The notes under the pieces were generated by a model. It was not told the origin of the DNA, searched no databases, and saw only the letters and a program-made list of their open reading frames with translations. A stretch of DNA of 64,000 nucleotides from Caecitellus pseudoparvulus. Taxonomy: Eukaryota > Protista > Bigyra: Bicosoecida. The position numbers and the translations under genes were made by a program. Shown here piece after piece: positions 44,701 to 56,173 of this stretch (positions are counted from its first letter, which is position 1; each line of letters begins with the position of its first letter). The stretch lies in assembly GCA_965644315.1 (NCBI GenBank), contig CBFFRQ010000018.1, forward strand, positions 992,001 through 1,056,000, read 5' to 3'.

Positions 44701-46364
44701 ATGCATGCTCAACACCGTCCGCATCTGTGAAAGCTGACACCAGCTTGGTGCTCTTCACCCCCTGCACCTTCAGTCGGTGCCCGAGTGCCAGCACTGTGCG
44801 CCGTTCGGTGCGCACAGCTGCCAGCTCCTTGCGGATGCGTTGGCGCTCCTGCAGCATGTGCAAGGCAGTGTGGATGTTCTCCATGACCACCACGTCCAGC
44901 ACACTCTCCCCCGTCACGCGCTCCATCCACTGCTTGATTTCCTCTTCCCCCACGTCAGCAGGCACCTGCTGCAGCTCCACAGAGAAGCGGTCGACTGACA
45001 GGGACGTGCGGTCAATGCGCCGACGCATGGTTTCCTCACTGCTTTGCAGCCACAACGTGGACAGCATGAACACCAAGCACGCAATGAAGTCCAGCAGGCC
45101 GTACGCAAGGGACAGGCGCTGGCGTGTCACATTGGTGCCGTCCGACAGCACCAGGTCCACCTGGGAGGAGTTGGTGGACTGACCAAGGCCACCCAGCGTC
45201 GTGCGCCACAGGCCCAGGTCAGACATGGGAGAGGCGAAGATGCGCCTGTCAGCGTAGGCTGGGTAGGACGCGGTGACGTTGAGGATGAGGGAGGGAAAGG
45301 CGGCCACCGACATGGCGACGAGGGTCCACCCCACCCACTTGAGGAATCGGAAGTACAGGGCGACACCCACGCCGAACTTGTCGAATTCGCTGCGGTCGGC
45401 TTCACAGAAAGGGTTGATCCAGTCCCAACCGCGCCGGCAGTGACGGCCAGTCGCAGAGCTCCTCACGGGCACCTTCACCTTCACCCCTGTCATGGGGTGA
45501 ACGCGGCGGGGTTCGATGGCAGAGGCGTACCGCGCAGCAACATCATTGCGAGGGGGCTCGTAATCGTACGCGAGCGCCACCACCCGTTCCTGCTCCACGG
45601 CATGCTGTGCGGCCTTGTCACCCGACGCGGCGCCGTCAGCGCCAGGCGCAGGAGAGGCAGCCTTGCCATCGTCACTGAAGTCGATGTGTTTGAGCAACTG
45701 AGTGAGCAAGGCATGCGGCCGCTGTGAACCCAGTGTCTCCGCAAAGCTTTCGATGTTGGGGTCTTTCCAGCCCTGCGCAGGTTCCAAGCGCAGGAGGTGA
45801 AGTGTTGCCTGGCCTCATCGCAGCGACCACGCCAATACTCACAAACGTTGTGCTCTTGCGGGGCGCTTTCGGCTTGCGCTTAGGAAGGCGCACAGTGGTG
45901 GACTTGCTTTCATCCTTTGTGCTTGTCGCAACAAGGGGGCTAAGCGGCACTTGGCTCTTGGCGGCCACCACGCGCATCTGGCGGTCACTGCGCGACTGCC
46001 CCGCGCCCTGCGTTGGCCCGGATGTGGGCAGCAGTGCCGAGGACATGCTGCGCAGGGCGCCCTTCGTGCGCAGGCCATGCGACTTCCCCGAGACAACAGG
46101 CTTCGAAGAATCCTTGGCATCTGCCGCAGCTGCAGCTGCCGGCCCCAGCGCACCGGCGACCGGGCGCCTGGATGTGGATGTGCTGAGTGTGCGCCCTGAC
46201 GGCGACGGTCGGGCAGGCGCAGGTGGCTTCACCCCACCCCCGACGACTTTCACCGTCTGCACTTTGTGCTTCGCAGCCACAGGCCCCAGATCAGGGGCTG
46301 TGGTGGACCTCACTCTGGGCGGCCGCGGGCGAGCCTTCCCGCTCTTTGGGACTTGCTGAGACAT
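41759..46364 (-). CDS. OSCA/TMEM63 (CSC1)/TMC-like ion channel; intron 45773-45842
   Basis: FGVGVALYFRFLK, APRPSSIVWQN, FSAGIPLLLP..YWVDKYALLR..PPLYD; ~10 TM helices. Upstream ORF MSQQVPK joins in phase 0 (TTF|GWKD). Confidence 0.85.
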
Positions 46365-46721
46365 GTTGCTGCGCAGGCCAGCCAGCCGTCACGAAGCAAC
46401 TGGAAGAGAGCAGTGCAGACACCCCGCAGTGCAAGGAAAACGAACTATACTGGGACACACCGTGGGCTGTGCTCAAGTCGCTCGTCGGCAGCCTGCGCGC
46501 GCAAGGTGCACTCCCGCAGGCAATGTCGCGGCGGCCAGCCAGCACCACCAAGCTTCGGAAGGGTTGCGAGCACCCAGCTTCTCATCGGCAACAGGGGACG
46601 GAGACCTACTAGCGAAATGTGCTGGCTGCCGCCTTGTGTGTTTTGCTGAGCGCTCCTGGCAGCCGTCTCGCGGGGTGCCTGGAATACCCCCCTGCAAAGG
46701 CTGCATTGGCTTGTGAATCTG

Positions 46722-48230
46722 CTAGAAGCCAGGGCGAAGCAGGCGCCAGCCCCCATGCACCCAGAAGCCAGAGGGCCAGTTCCAACCGCCCTGAATAACC
46801 CGATCCGGAGCAGCCAGAGTCTCTAGTGTCGCATCCTGCACGCCCTCTCCCTGGAACAAGCCTGCTCGCTCGCCTTCAACTGCCTGCGCCAAGCCAGCGT
46901 GGCCTGTCACGATACCCAGGCCCAGCTCCAGGTCTCGCTGCACGCTGCGCACGCCGTAGTTGGGGCTCCCGACAGCCGTGAGGCACACTTCATGCCCCGC
47001 CTTGGCCCCTGCATGTGCCAGGTTCACTGCCGCTGACGCAGTGTTTGTCGGCGCCGCCGCCGGGATGCTGCCCGGCCCAGCTCGCGCCCACAAGCCCTTG
47101 GCGTGAAAGGTCCAGCCAGCACGCGCATACTCCCGTGCATGGACGTCGTCCCTGCCAGCTCCAGCAGCAGCTGTCAGGAACTCCCTCAGGAACTCAGTGT
47201 AGGCTTGGGGAATGGCGCCTGCTGGGCCAGCGGCGCCAGTGAAGCCGTTTGCCACGGGCGCTGCCGTGAGCACTGTGGCGGGGCCTGGGCGCGCCAGCAG
47301 CGCCTTCTGGTACGAAGGGGTGAGGTTGAAGTACCCCGTGGACACGTGGAGCGGCAGGGAGGGGAAGCCCTGTGACAGCAGCGCATGTGTCACGGCTTCG
47401 TCCGCACGTACCCCAACGCTGGCGAGCTGCAGCGTGGGGAAAACAACAGCAGAGTCTGAGAGGCTGTCCACAGGTGGGGGCGGAGGCAATGCTTCCATGG
47501 AGGCCTGCAGGGTGTCTGCCAACGCCCGGCGCTGGGAGGGGCGTGCCAGGGGGTGTGCCGCCTGCCGCAGCGCCGCCACCGCATCCCCGCCAGCGCCCCC
47601 CACCCGCAGGCGCACGCTGTGCTGCGCCACGCCCTCCAGGAGCTCAGCCACCCAATCTGCGAAGCTGGGCGCGTCTTCGAACACCCAGTACCGATCGGCA
47701 CGGTCTGTAAAGTAGTCGTTGGACAAGTTGGCGCCCGACACGACGACGGTGTTGTCGAAGACGTAGGCTTTCATGTGCTGCACGCCAATGGTCTCGCGCC
47801 ACTTGCTGCCCAGGTATCGAAAGGGCGCCTCTGACAGCTTGGGGTGCGAGAAGAAAGCTGCTTGCACGCGGGAGGGGGCGGTGGAGGCCAAGCTGTGCAT
47901 GTGCACCGCGGCTGGCACCTCGCCGCGGCAGCCACGGGAGTGGTCGAACAGGGTCAAGACGTCAAGTGCGGGGCTGCTGGCGACAGCGTCACCCAAGGCA
48001 GAAAGCAGGGTGGCTTCCTTGCCTTGGCAGCCAAGATACAAGGCTGCGAGGCGCACTCGGCTGCGAGCGCCTTTAGCCAGCTGCACCAGTGTGTCGTGGA
48101 AGGCTTGAGGGGAGTCCAGAACACGAATGGATGAGGCGGGAAGGCGGAAGCCCCCTTGAGGAGCCCACGTTGACATGGTGCGGCCAGCCAGAGCACGTGT
48201 GTGCTGGCGCACAGCAGCGACGAGGGCCAT
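46722..48230 (-). CDS. PGS1: Mitochondrial phosphatidylglycerophosphate synthase (PLD superfamily)
   Basis: ETIGVQHMKAYVFD, SGANLSNDYFTDRADRY, GWTFHAKGLW, GSPNYGVRSVQRDLE; presequence-like start MALVAAVRQHTRALAGR. Confidence 0.95.
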   Translation of the reverse strand: MALVAAVRQHTRALAGRTMSTWAPQGGFRLPASSIRVLDSPQAFHDTLVQLAKGARSRVRLAALYLGCQGKEATLLSALGDAVASSPALDVLTLFDHSRGCRGEVPAAVHMHSLASTAPSRVQAAFFSHPKLSEAPFRYLGSKWRETIGVQHMKAYVFDNTVVVSGANLSNDYFTDRADRYWVFEDAPSFADWVAELLEGVAQHSVRLRVGGAGGDAVAALRQAAHPLARPSQRRALADTLQASMEALPPPPPVDSLSDSAVVFPTLQLASVGVRADEAVTHALLSQGFPSLPLHVSTGYFNLTPSYQKALLARPGPATVLTAAPVANGFTGAAGPAGAIPQAYTEFLREFLTAAAGAGRDDVHAREYARAGWTFHAKGLWARAGPGSIPAAAPTNTASAAVNLAHAGAKAGHEVCLTAVGSPNYGVRSVQRDLELGLGIVTGHAGLAQAVEGERAGLFQGEGVQDATLETLAAPDRVIQGGWNWPSGFWVHGGWRLLRPGF

Positions 48231-48585
48231 CGGCAGCCAGAGAGTACAGGTTAGGAAGCGGAAATTGTGCAGTGCTCGCCTGCACTGCGAGGCGCCCAGT
48301 AGAAAACGAAAAACTAGCCCCCGACTGCAGCTTCGATGCATGCGAGGAGCAATGAACGCGCCGGCCAGGGCGGCTTGCAGTGCTGTGCTCATTCGTTTGT
48401 GTCCCGCCTGGTCCCGTGTTTGTTTCCGAGACGCCGCCGACCCCGGCGAGCGGAGAGTCTGGCTGCTCTCTGCGGCGCTGGGCGCGAAGCAGGGCGTGTA
48501 TACCGACACAGGCCTGTGCGACCTGTGCTGATTCTGCAGACCACCACCTTGTGGCCAGGGCGCTTCTCTGCCGCCAGGCTGAGGC

Positions 48586-51500
48586 ATGGAGTCCGGCGTC
48601 GGCGTTTCGGGCGCGGAAGCGGTCAGGGAGGTGAATCCAGAGGGTGCCAAGTTTGCGCTGTCCCTCTTTCATTCTGTTGCTAGCATCGCAAAGAAGGCCC
48701 GCATCCACAGAGAGGCGCTTTCAGTCGCGGCGAAAGCGCTCACGGGCGCTCACGGACGACTGAAAGTACCCGTCATGTGGCTGGACGCTGCGGCTGCCAG
48801 GCTAAACTCGAGAGCGAGGGGGACGGACGACGTTGCAGCCCAGCTGCAGGTGGCCTTTGCCGCAGTAGCTTCCTCCATGCGCTGCATTCGCCGTGTGCTG
48901 CAGAGCATGTCCACAGCGTTCAGTTTGTTTGGTGAAGTTGCGTGGGTCTTGCACAGCAGCCCGTTGTTGCGGTCAGCTGCCCTCGGGCAGTGGCTGCAGG
49001 GGAAGCACTCTCTGCTTTTGCAGCACTGCCGGACGTTTGTAAAGGTGCGAGGCGTGGCTGGTACTGGCTGGCGGGGCGTACACTCACCCCGTCCCTGCTC
49101 TGCTCCCCCTCTCGCAGGCGGCCATCGAGTGTGCGAAGCTCGTGCAAGACAACACAGTCATCGTCGCAATGCGACAAGCACACAGCCCATCTGAGGAGAC
49201 CCCTAAACTAGAGGAGAAGCACGTCAGCACGCAGGACGTCATGGTGCGCATGTTGCAAGGGCTTGGCAGCCTGGCCCGCCACTCCCTCCTGCTGCCAGCG
49301 CACAAGGCGGCAGATTGTGCGGTGGATGCGATGGCAGCCTTCTCCCGTGCCGTCTTCGCGGAGCGGGCGGGGGCCACCCCTGGGCCTGGCACGAGCACGC
49401 TGTCCACATCTATCAAGGAGCGCAGTACTGCAAGCAGTGCACCCCTTGCCAGCCCCAAGCCCCGCCTGGCCTCTGCAGGGGAGGTGCTGGCCTTCTGCTT
49501 GCGGCAGCTGCGGAGTGTGCAGCAGCTCGTGCAGGCGGCGGAGGACCGGCACGACAGCGAGAGTGCGGAATCCGAAGAAGTGCCACGGTCATACTCTGGA
49601 GCCCGCGTGCTTTCGCAGCTTCGCGAGGTGCTCCCGCTCTGGAGCCGCGGTGACGTCACTGTCAGCGCCACTCGCCTGGGCGGCTCCACACGTGCTGAGG
49701 TGCTGCTGGGCACCACCAGCCAAGGCCAGCCTGTGGCTGTGAAGCGCCTGCACACACAGAGTGGCGACACGGCAGAGCAGGTGTGGCGGCTGTTTCGCGA
49801 GGCCCTGGTCATGGCTGGCCGCCGGCACCTGCACTGCCTGCCTCTACTTGGCATCGTGGCGCACGTGCCATCCTCCACGACCACTGGGGGCAGCAGCAGC
49901 ACCATGTCTAGCGCCAGTGCTCACGACCAGGGCACCTTCCTCTGCCTCGTCACGCGGTACCTGCCAGGGGGCAGCCTGGATGATGCCTTGGCGTCCCCAA
50001 GCATCTCGGTAGCCCTGACCCCCCGGCACAGGCTGGCGGTTGCGGTGCGGGTGGCTACTGCTCTCAGCGCCCTGCACGAGCCCGAAGGCAGTGACTTGCG
50101 CCTGCCAAGCAGCAAGCCACAGGCAGTAGTGCACGGGGCAGTCCGCGCTTCCCACGTCTTGCTGGGCAGCTCTTCAAGTGTGCAGGGCCTGTTGTCGGGC
50201 AGCGTGGACGTCATGCTGGGAGGCTTCGGCAGTGCAAGCCTCACGCAGGACGCCGGGGATTCTCCAGGCGCCTCCCAAGGCGACGCCTCTGGGGAGGAGT
50301 CAAGGCCTGCTGGCCGCAAGCGTGGCCTCAGTGCTGCCCTGCCGGAAGCCCTTGCCTTCACACCGCCGGAGATGCTGCAGGCAGGTGCCGTAGCAGACAC
50401 CCCTTCTGACGTGTGGGCCTTTGGGTGCTTCCTGGTGGAGCTCATCACAGGCGAACCCCCCCACGCTGACGCTGCGGGTGTGGCTGAGGTGCTGAAGCGC
50501 CTCAGTCTCGGGCAACCCCCCCAGGTGTCCAGGCGCGCCCTGGCTCAGTACCCCTCAGCCATCGCCGGCGTGCTGGCAGGGTGCTTGCAGCCCGTGCCGC
50601 AGGACAGGTGGTCCATGCAGACGGTGGTGCATGAACTGCACGCCATCCTGTCCGGAGCGGCCCAGGCACGGCGGCCTGCTGGAGTGCCCCCCCGCAGCCG
50701 TCCGCCCTCCACGCGAGTGCAGGTGGACACCTCCTCCCCCGCGGTGCACCCCCAACACGCCTCACCATCCGTGTACATGACGTCTCTGCGGCGCGCCGGC
50801 ACGACAGAGCTGGCTGACTTAGACGCGGCGGCTTTCCGGTCGTCGTCCTTCGGGCCCGGCAGCGCCCAGCACATGCTGCATGGGGCCAGTCACGAGCGGG
50901 ACGAGGCAGCAGGCCCCAGCCTGCGCTCGCCTTTCACCCAAGCGGGCCCACGGCGGGCCTACCGGCCGCTCATGGTGGACACGCATTCAGGACAGCAGGC
51001 CCAGCTGCTGGCAGCTGCTGGTGCCTCCACCTCGTCGGATAGCGGGTCGTCGGACGAGGAGGCAGAGGCGGTGGATGTCTTCACAGCGTTGGACGCAACA
51101 CCGGTCGCGTCTGCCAAGGCACCCATGGGAACGTCTTCCTCAGCCATGCGCCTGGTGCGCAGTGTGCTGGAGCTGGGTGGCTCGTTCAAGTCCGGGAGGC
51201 GGGTGGGAGGCGAGGCCCCGGCCTCGTCTCGCTACCGCCTCGCCGCAGCAGCCGGCTCTGGCACGCCCTTGGCGAAGATCAAGTCCTTCCACCTTCAGCA
51301 AGCTGCAATGGTGCTGTCTTCGTCCACGCACAACCTGCTGCGGGCGCCGTCGCTGCTGTCCATGTCCATGGGGGTGCCCACAGGCGCTCTTGTGGCAGGC
51401 GAGGAGGAAGACAACGCGGCACAGTTCACGCCCATGATATTGGCAGCTGTGGATGCCATGACACGCCCCATGCACTTGGTGCGGGCGCTGTGGCATGCAT

Positions 51501-53878
51501 TGGGCGTCTCACGGCCAGCAGCGTTCATGCGCACCGTGCGTCAGCAAGCCCGGGCCCGTGGGTGCTCCACCTTCACCTACCCGACACAAGACACGACGCT
51601 GGACCCTCGGGTCATCATCCACATCGTCCGGCGCATTGGCGAGTTGCTGGCCATGCGCAAGCTGAGTGTGGGCGAGTGGACGGTGGAGGATGCACAGGTG
51701 GCGCTGGGGGGCGGGGACGCCGGGAGAAGGGGTGGGGCCACCCCCCTTGCACCCCCCCTTGGCTCAGGCAGCGCGCAGGAGCAGGTTGGGGACAGCGAAG
51801 ACACGCCCTCACCCCTTGCCACGCCCGCCCTGCGACGGCACGCGTCAGCAGGGGACATGCAGCGCCCTCTCAGTGCTGACAGCAGCAGTCGTTCTGATGG
51901 CTTGGCTGTGCTGGTGCCAGCCCCGGCCGGCACCCAGCAGGCTCAAGTGCGTCATGAAAGCAGCGCAGTGTCGCCATCGGGAGTCCTCACCATGGAGGCG
52001 CCAGCTGCACTTCCTCGACCGGCAACCTTCCACGTTCGCCGAAGCAAGGCGCAGGAACGGTACGCCTTCGTGCCGCCTGCAGCTGTGCTGCCGCTTCACG
52101 CACCCGCTGACTCCATCGCTGCCGGCGAGGCGATGGGGGGTGAGTGGGCGCCCCGCATGCAGCTGCCAGCGCCCAGCGCGCCGGTCCAGCTGCTGGCGGG
52201 GGGTGTCGCTGAGGCGCTGGCGCTGTGCATGTGCCAACTGGGGCGCGTGTCGGAGGAGACTGCCCGCTGGGCGTGCTTCACAGTGCGCGTCCTGTGCGAC
52301 CACAGCGCAGAGCTGCACGGCCGAGAGCGGTCAGCTCTGCAGTCGCTGGAGCACCGCCTGTCGGCGGCGGGCGTGGACGCCGCCCTCATCTCCGCTCTGA
52401 CGACGTGGGGGGACCGGTCAGACGGCGTGGTGATCAACGCCGCCCACGCCCTGGCCCGACTGCAGAGTGCCGTGCAGCACGTGCGCAGCCTGGTGCTGGC
52501 CAGCGACGCCCCCCGCATGCTACTGCGGGCCATCAGCGTCACATCAGAGCAGGTGCAGGGCGGCGGGCCCACGGGCGGCAGCCCTGGGCCAGACCTGCGA
52601 GACCCCACAGCTGCCACTGCCATCCCCCCTGGGGATCTCATGGCCGCCGAGGTGGTGCACGCCGCCGCCGCGGCGCTGCACGACGCCGCTCGCCCCACAG
52701 CAGCGGACCCCGAGCCGACGGCTGTCAAGGCTCTTGGCGAAGGCGCCTGCAGTGTCGTGGTGAGTGCCATCTGGCGCCTGTGTGTGCGGTGCCGCCAGCT
52801 GCGCTGGGGCTTGGAGGCGCTGTCCCGCCGCATGCAGCAGACAGCACAGCTGCCACCGGACGGCATCACCGGGTCGGGCCGCACGGTGGGCCAGCGCTTC
52901 GCGGTGCAGCGGCACCACCAGCGGCAGGCCACCGCCCTCGTCGCCACTCTGATGGACGGCCTGGGCGAGACGACCAGCCTGCTGGCCATGCTGGCACAGC
53001 ATGCGCCGCACATTGAAGTGCTGCTGCAGCAGGGCGCAGCCAATGCGTTGTGCCTGACGCTGCAGGCCGGGGCGCTGACGTCACCGACGTTGGCCGCGTC
53101 CACGTGCCGGGCCATCACGGCGCTGGTGGCGCGGGATTTGCACCACGCTGGGCCTGCGTGGACGCGGGATGCGTTCAGGGGCGTGCACAGCGCGACACCA
53201 CCCCCTGCCTCCACCACCGACCCAGGGTCCGCCTTCACCCCAGCCGTCTTGCGCATGCGGGAGGCCCTGGCTGCGGGGGCCGCCCGCTCAGTTCTGCACC
53301 TCCAGGATGCTAGCTTGGGTCGGCCTTCCCGCAAGGCGGGTCAACGGGGGCAGGCGCCTGTCCCTGGCAGCGTCATTGACGACTCCAAGCCCGACGGCGG
53401 GTGGGGAGACAGCCGTCTGCGGGGGATGGGGTCCTCCCTCAGCCTGGAAGGCAGCGCCCTGAGCCTGGGACGTGGGCGGGGCCTGTCCGACGCCTCACTG
53501 CCCCCCGTGCCTTTGACGCCGGGCCAGGCTGTGGTCGCAGCCCAAGCAGCCCTGGCCTCGGTCAGCGTGCCTGAGCTGCTGTGCCTCGTGCTGGAGGACA
53601 TGGGGTTGCAGGACGCCACTGGGCACGTCGCGGCAGCCGTGACGGTGGCACTGTACTGGCTCGCCTTTGACTGTGCCGCAGTGCAGAATGTGCTCATGCA
53701 GCAGCACCTGCACATGCTCATCGCCAACACGCACGCCATGCTGACTGTGCACAGCCCTGCTGAACACACTTTGTTTGAGTACGGGTCTTGCTTGGCGACC
53801 CTGCTCCGCAACTCCCCCTGGGCGACGGCCAGTGTGGGCTGTTGTGGGGGCGGCTCGGCCTCCTGCAGCATTATGTAG
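48586..53878 (+). CDS. Helical N-domain + pseudokinase + ARM-like helical region + CaaX; join(48586..49044,49118..53878)
   Basis: VAVK retained; HRD replaced by HGA; DFG replaced by GFG; FTPPE, SDVWAFG; ends CCGGGSASCSIM*. In-frame phase-0 intron 49045-49117. Confidence 0.85.
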
Positions 53879-54013
53879 CCGCTGCAGGGCCCTGAACACA
53901 ATGTATGTATGAACACAAACCACACGCCAGCACTACTGGCAGCCGTCACATTGGTTAGTTTCTGCCTCGCCGTGTCCGCTGCTCGCCCGCAGCGCACTGC
54001 CTCGCTGCGCACC

Positions 54014-54564
54014 ATGGCCGGTCTGTCTGAGACGCCCGCGGAGGTTGGCAGGCACAACCCCGTGACGCACGACTACGGCTCCTTGGAGAAGCACTACGAG
54101 TACGACCTGGTGCAGTTCTCCAAGCCGTACACGCGCAAAGTGGGCACGTTTTTCCGCACGGCACCGGTGGCGGCACCCAGGGACCCGCCTGCACCATCCG
54201 TCACTGCAAGCGCGAGCCAGGAGGGCGGGCCGTCTGCCTCTGCTTCAAAAGGCCTGCCCCCACCGGCTGCTGCCACTGCCTTCTCCGCGGGTGAACTGGC
54301 TGCACTCTCTCGCCAGAACGTGCGGCAGCCGTACGATCCGGAAGGTGAGCTAGAGCCAGGCTCCGAGTGCACCGTCGCAGCCTGTCGATGCATCATCGCG
54401 CCCTGCTCGCAGACCGCTTCCTCTTTCCCCAAACCGCTTCTCAAGAGGTGGGGTGGGGTGCCAAGAAAATGCCACCCAGCAGTGTTCGCTACCCTCGCAA
54501 GGCTTCCAGCATGACCAAGACCATGGAGCGCCTCAGGGCAGTGCACAGCCAGGATGGCATGTGA
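54014..54564 (+). CDS. Small FAM183/CFAP144-like (ciliary microtubule-inner-protein-like) protein; intron 54345-54412
   Basis: ACCATGG start; the spliced product contains FPQTASQEVGW...PRKASSMTK, similar to the P-x-T-x-x-Q-E-x-G-W motif of such proteins. Confidence 0.55.
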
Positions 54565-54912
54565 GGCTTGAAACGCGGGTGAAACAGCCCGGACAGCAAT
54601 CCCAGCGCTCCTCGTCGCGGCGGCTGCTCAAGGCGAAGCTGTGTCCGATGCACACCATGACTTGCCACAGCGCAACCGAGCGCAGTCAGCGCTGCGCCGT
54701 GCACCGGCAGCTCCAGAGCCAGGGTCCCGGTGCACCAGGATTGCCAACTTGCGTGCACTTCTACATTCCAAATCTGAGCACTGAAGCATCAGCTTCGCAA
54801 ATGCACGAGTACGTGCTGCCTTCTTGGCTGCATTCTTGAGACAGCCTGTGCGCCAGGTTCAGGCAAGGGCTGCAAGCGCGCCCCTGCGAGCAACTTCTAC
54901 TCCTTTGCATGC

Positions 54913-56133
54913 ATGGCAGCTCAGCGCGAGCTTCTGCAAGCAGTGGACGCGTACCTAGCCGAGGGTCAGGGCATGGTTGAAGACAATACACTGCCTACCA
55001 AGCCGGAAGCTCAGGTGGCCCCCGACGCGGGAGGTGGCGCTGAGGAGTGCGGCAGTGCTCCGAGCGCTTCAAATGCTGCGCTGTTGCGGCACACAGTGCA
55101 GCTGATGCAGCTAGTCAGCGACACGCTGCCCAGCGAGATGAGGCAGGCAGCAACGGCCAGCATTCTGCACAAGCTCAGTGGGAAGCTGCTATCTACAGCC
55201 CCAGCGAGCCTGCAGGCTGCCTTGCTTTCCCCCGATGCGTCCCCGGAGCTGCAGTCAGCGTTGCAGGCGGCCACACGCTGCGAGGAGCAGGCAGCGACCC
55301 AAGCACCCAGCACATCCAGCGCACCAAATCCACCCCAACAAGCTGGCACAGTGCTAGTTGAATGTAAGGGCTCAGCTGAAAGCGCATCGCAAGGCAGCAG
55401 TGAGGACATTCTCTTCGCCCAACAGCGCAGCCTGCGCCCTGCGCTGCCGGCGCTGCCACCCGCAGTGCAGGTGGAGAGCGCACCACTTGGTGCAGAGCAG
55501 CACACTGCATGCGACCTTCGCCACTTCGTGCGCCCTAGATCAGCCCCCTGCAGCGCCATTGCTCAGCTGCTCGAAGATCCTAGTCTTTGTGGCAGCATGC
55601 AAAGGACGACTCCTGCTTCGAGCCCTGGCTCCACAGCTGTCCAGCCGCGGACTTCCCCCGACAGCCCTGCAGGAGGGGCACACGACAAGCGTCTTCAGGC
55701 ACACCTGCAGCACAGGCGGCAGGCAAAGTGCGAGGGTGCGCGACAGCGCCTGCGTGGCAAGAAGCGCCTCCGTGCTGGCGCGACCCTCCCACCAAGCAAG
55801 AAGCAGGCAGCGATCCAACAAGAGGCTGAGAGCGGGCATGCCTCGCTCCAAGCACAAGTTGGGCAACAAGTCCGGCAGCCTTTGGACACATGCTCTACGG
55901 GGGCCTCCATGGCGCCTGTGACCGCTCGCTTGACGCGCAGCATGCGGCGCAGGTACCTGTTGGCGCAGCGCCAGCGAAACAAGAGGCTGGCGCCCACACC
56001 GACCCCGCGACTGAACAGGCCACTGGTCTGCGCGACTCCTACTGTGGATGATGTCTTCGCTTTCAGCACAGGGAGCCAGGCCGCCCGGGCCAGACAGCGC
56101 GTGTACCGCCGGCAAGTGCCCCCAAGCCGCTGA
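54913..56133 (+). CDS. Hypothetical protein (406 aa), basic C-terminus
   Basis: ATG-started ORF; NLS-like RLRGKKRLR..PPSKK; AATGCA lies just after the stop. Confidence 0.6.
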   Translation: MAAQRELLQAVDAYLAEGQGMVEDNTLPTKPEAQVAPDAGGGAEECGSAPSASNAALLRHTVQLMQLVSDTLPSEMRQAATASILHKLSGKLLSTAPASLQAALLSPDASPELQSALQAATRCEEQAATQAPSTSSAPNPPQQAGTVLVECKGSAESASQGSSEDILFAQQRSLRPALPALPPAVQVESAPLGAEQHTACDLRHFVRPRSAPCSAIAQLLEDPSLCGSMQRTTPASSPGSTAVQPRTSPDSPAGGAHDKRLQAHLQHRRQAKCEGARQRLRGKKRLRAGATLPPSKKQAAIQQEAESGHASLQAQVGQQVRQPLDTCSTGASMAPVTARLTRSMRRRYLLAQRQRNKRLAPTPTPRLNRPLVCATPTVDDVFAFSTGSQAARARQRVYRRQVPPSR

Positions 56134-56137
56134 GCGG

Positions 56138-56149
56138 GCAATGCATTGC
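56138..56149. promoter_or_regulatory. Palindromic GCAATGCATTGC putative shared 3'-end signal (hypothetical gene/CFAP45)
   Basis: 12-bp palindrome in the 40-nt convergent spacer. Confidence 0.55.
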
Positions 56150-56173
56150 TGCGCAAGACACGCTGGTGAGGAA

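Noticed and set aside
48231-48650. 140-aa N-terminal extension of PGS1
   Set aside because: Non-conserved and overlaps the divergent gene's start; ATG 48230 gives a plausible mitochondrial presequence.
53909-54013. Apparent signal peptide upstream of the small FAM183-like gene
   Set aside because: This ATG is only 30 nt after the previous stop; ACCATGG at 54014 is a better start and the product looks axonemal. Not fully excluded.
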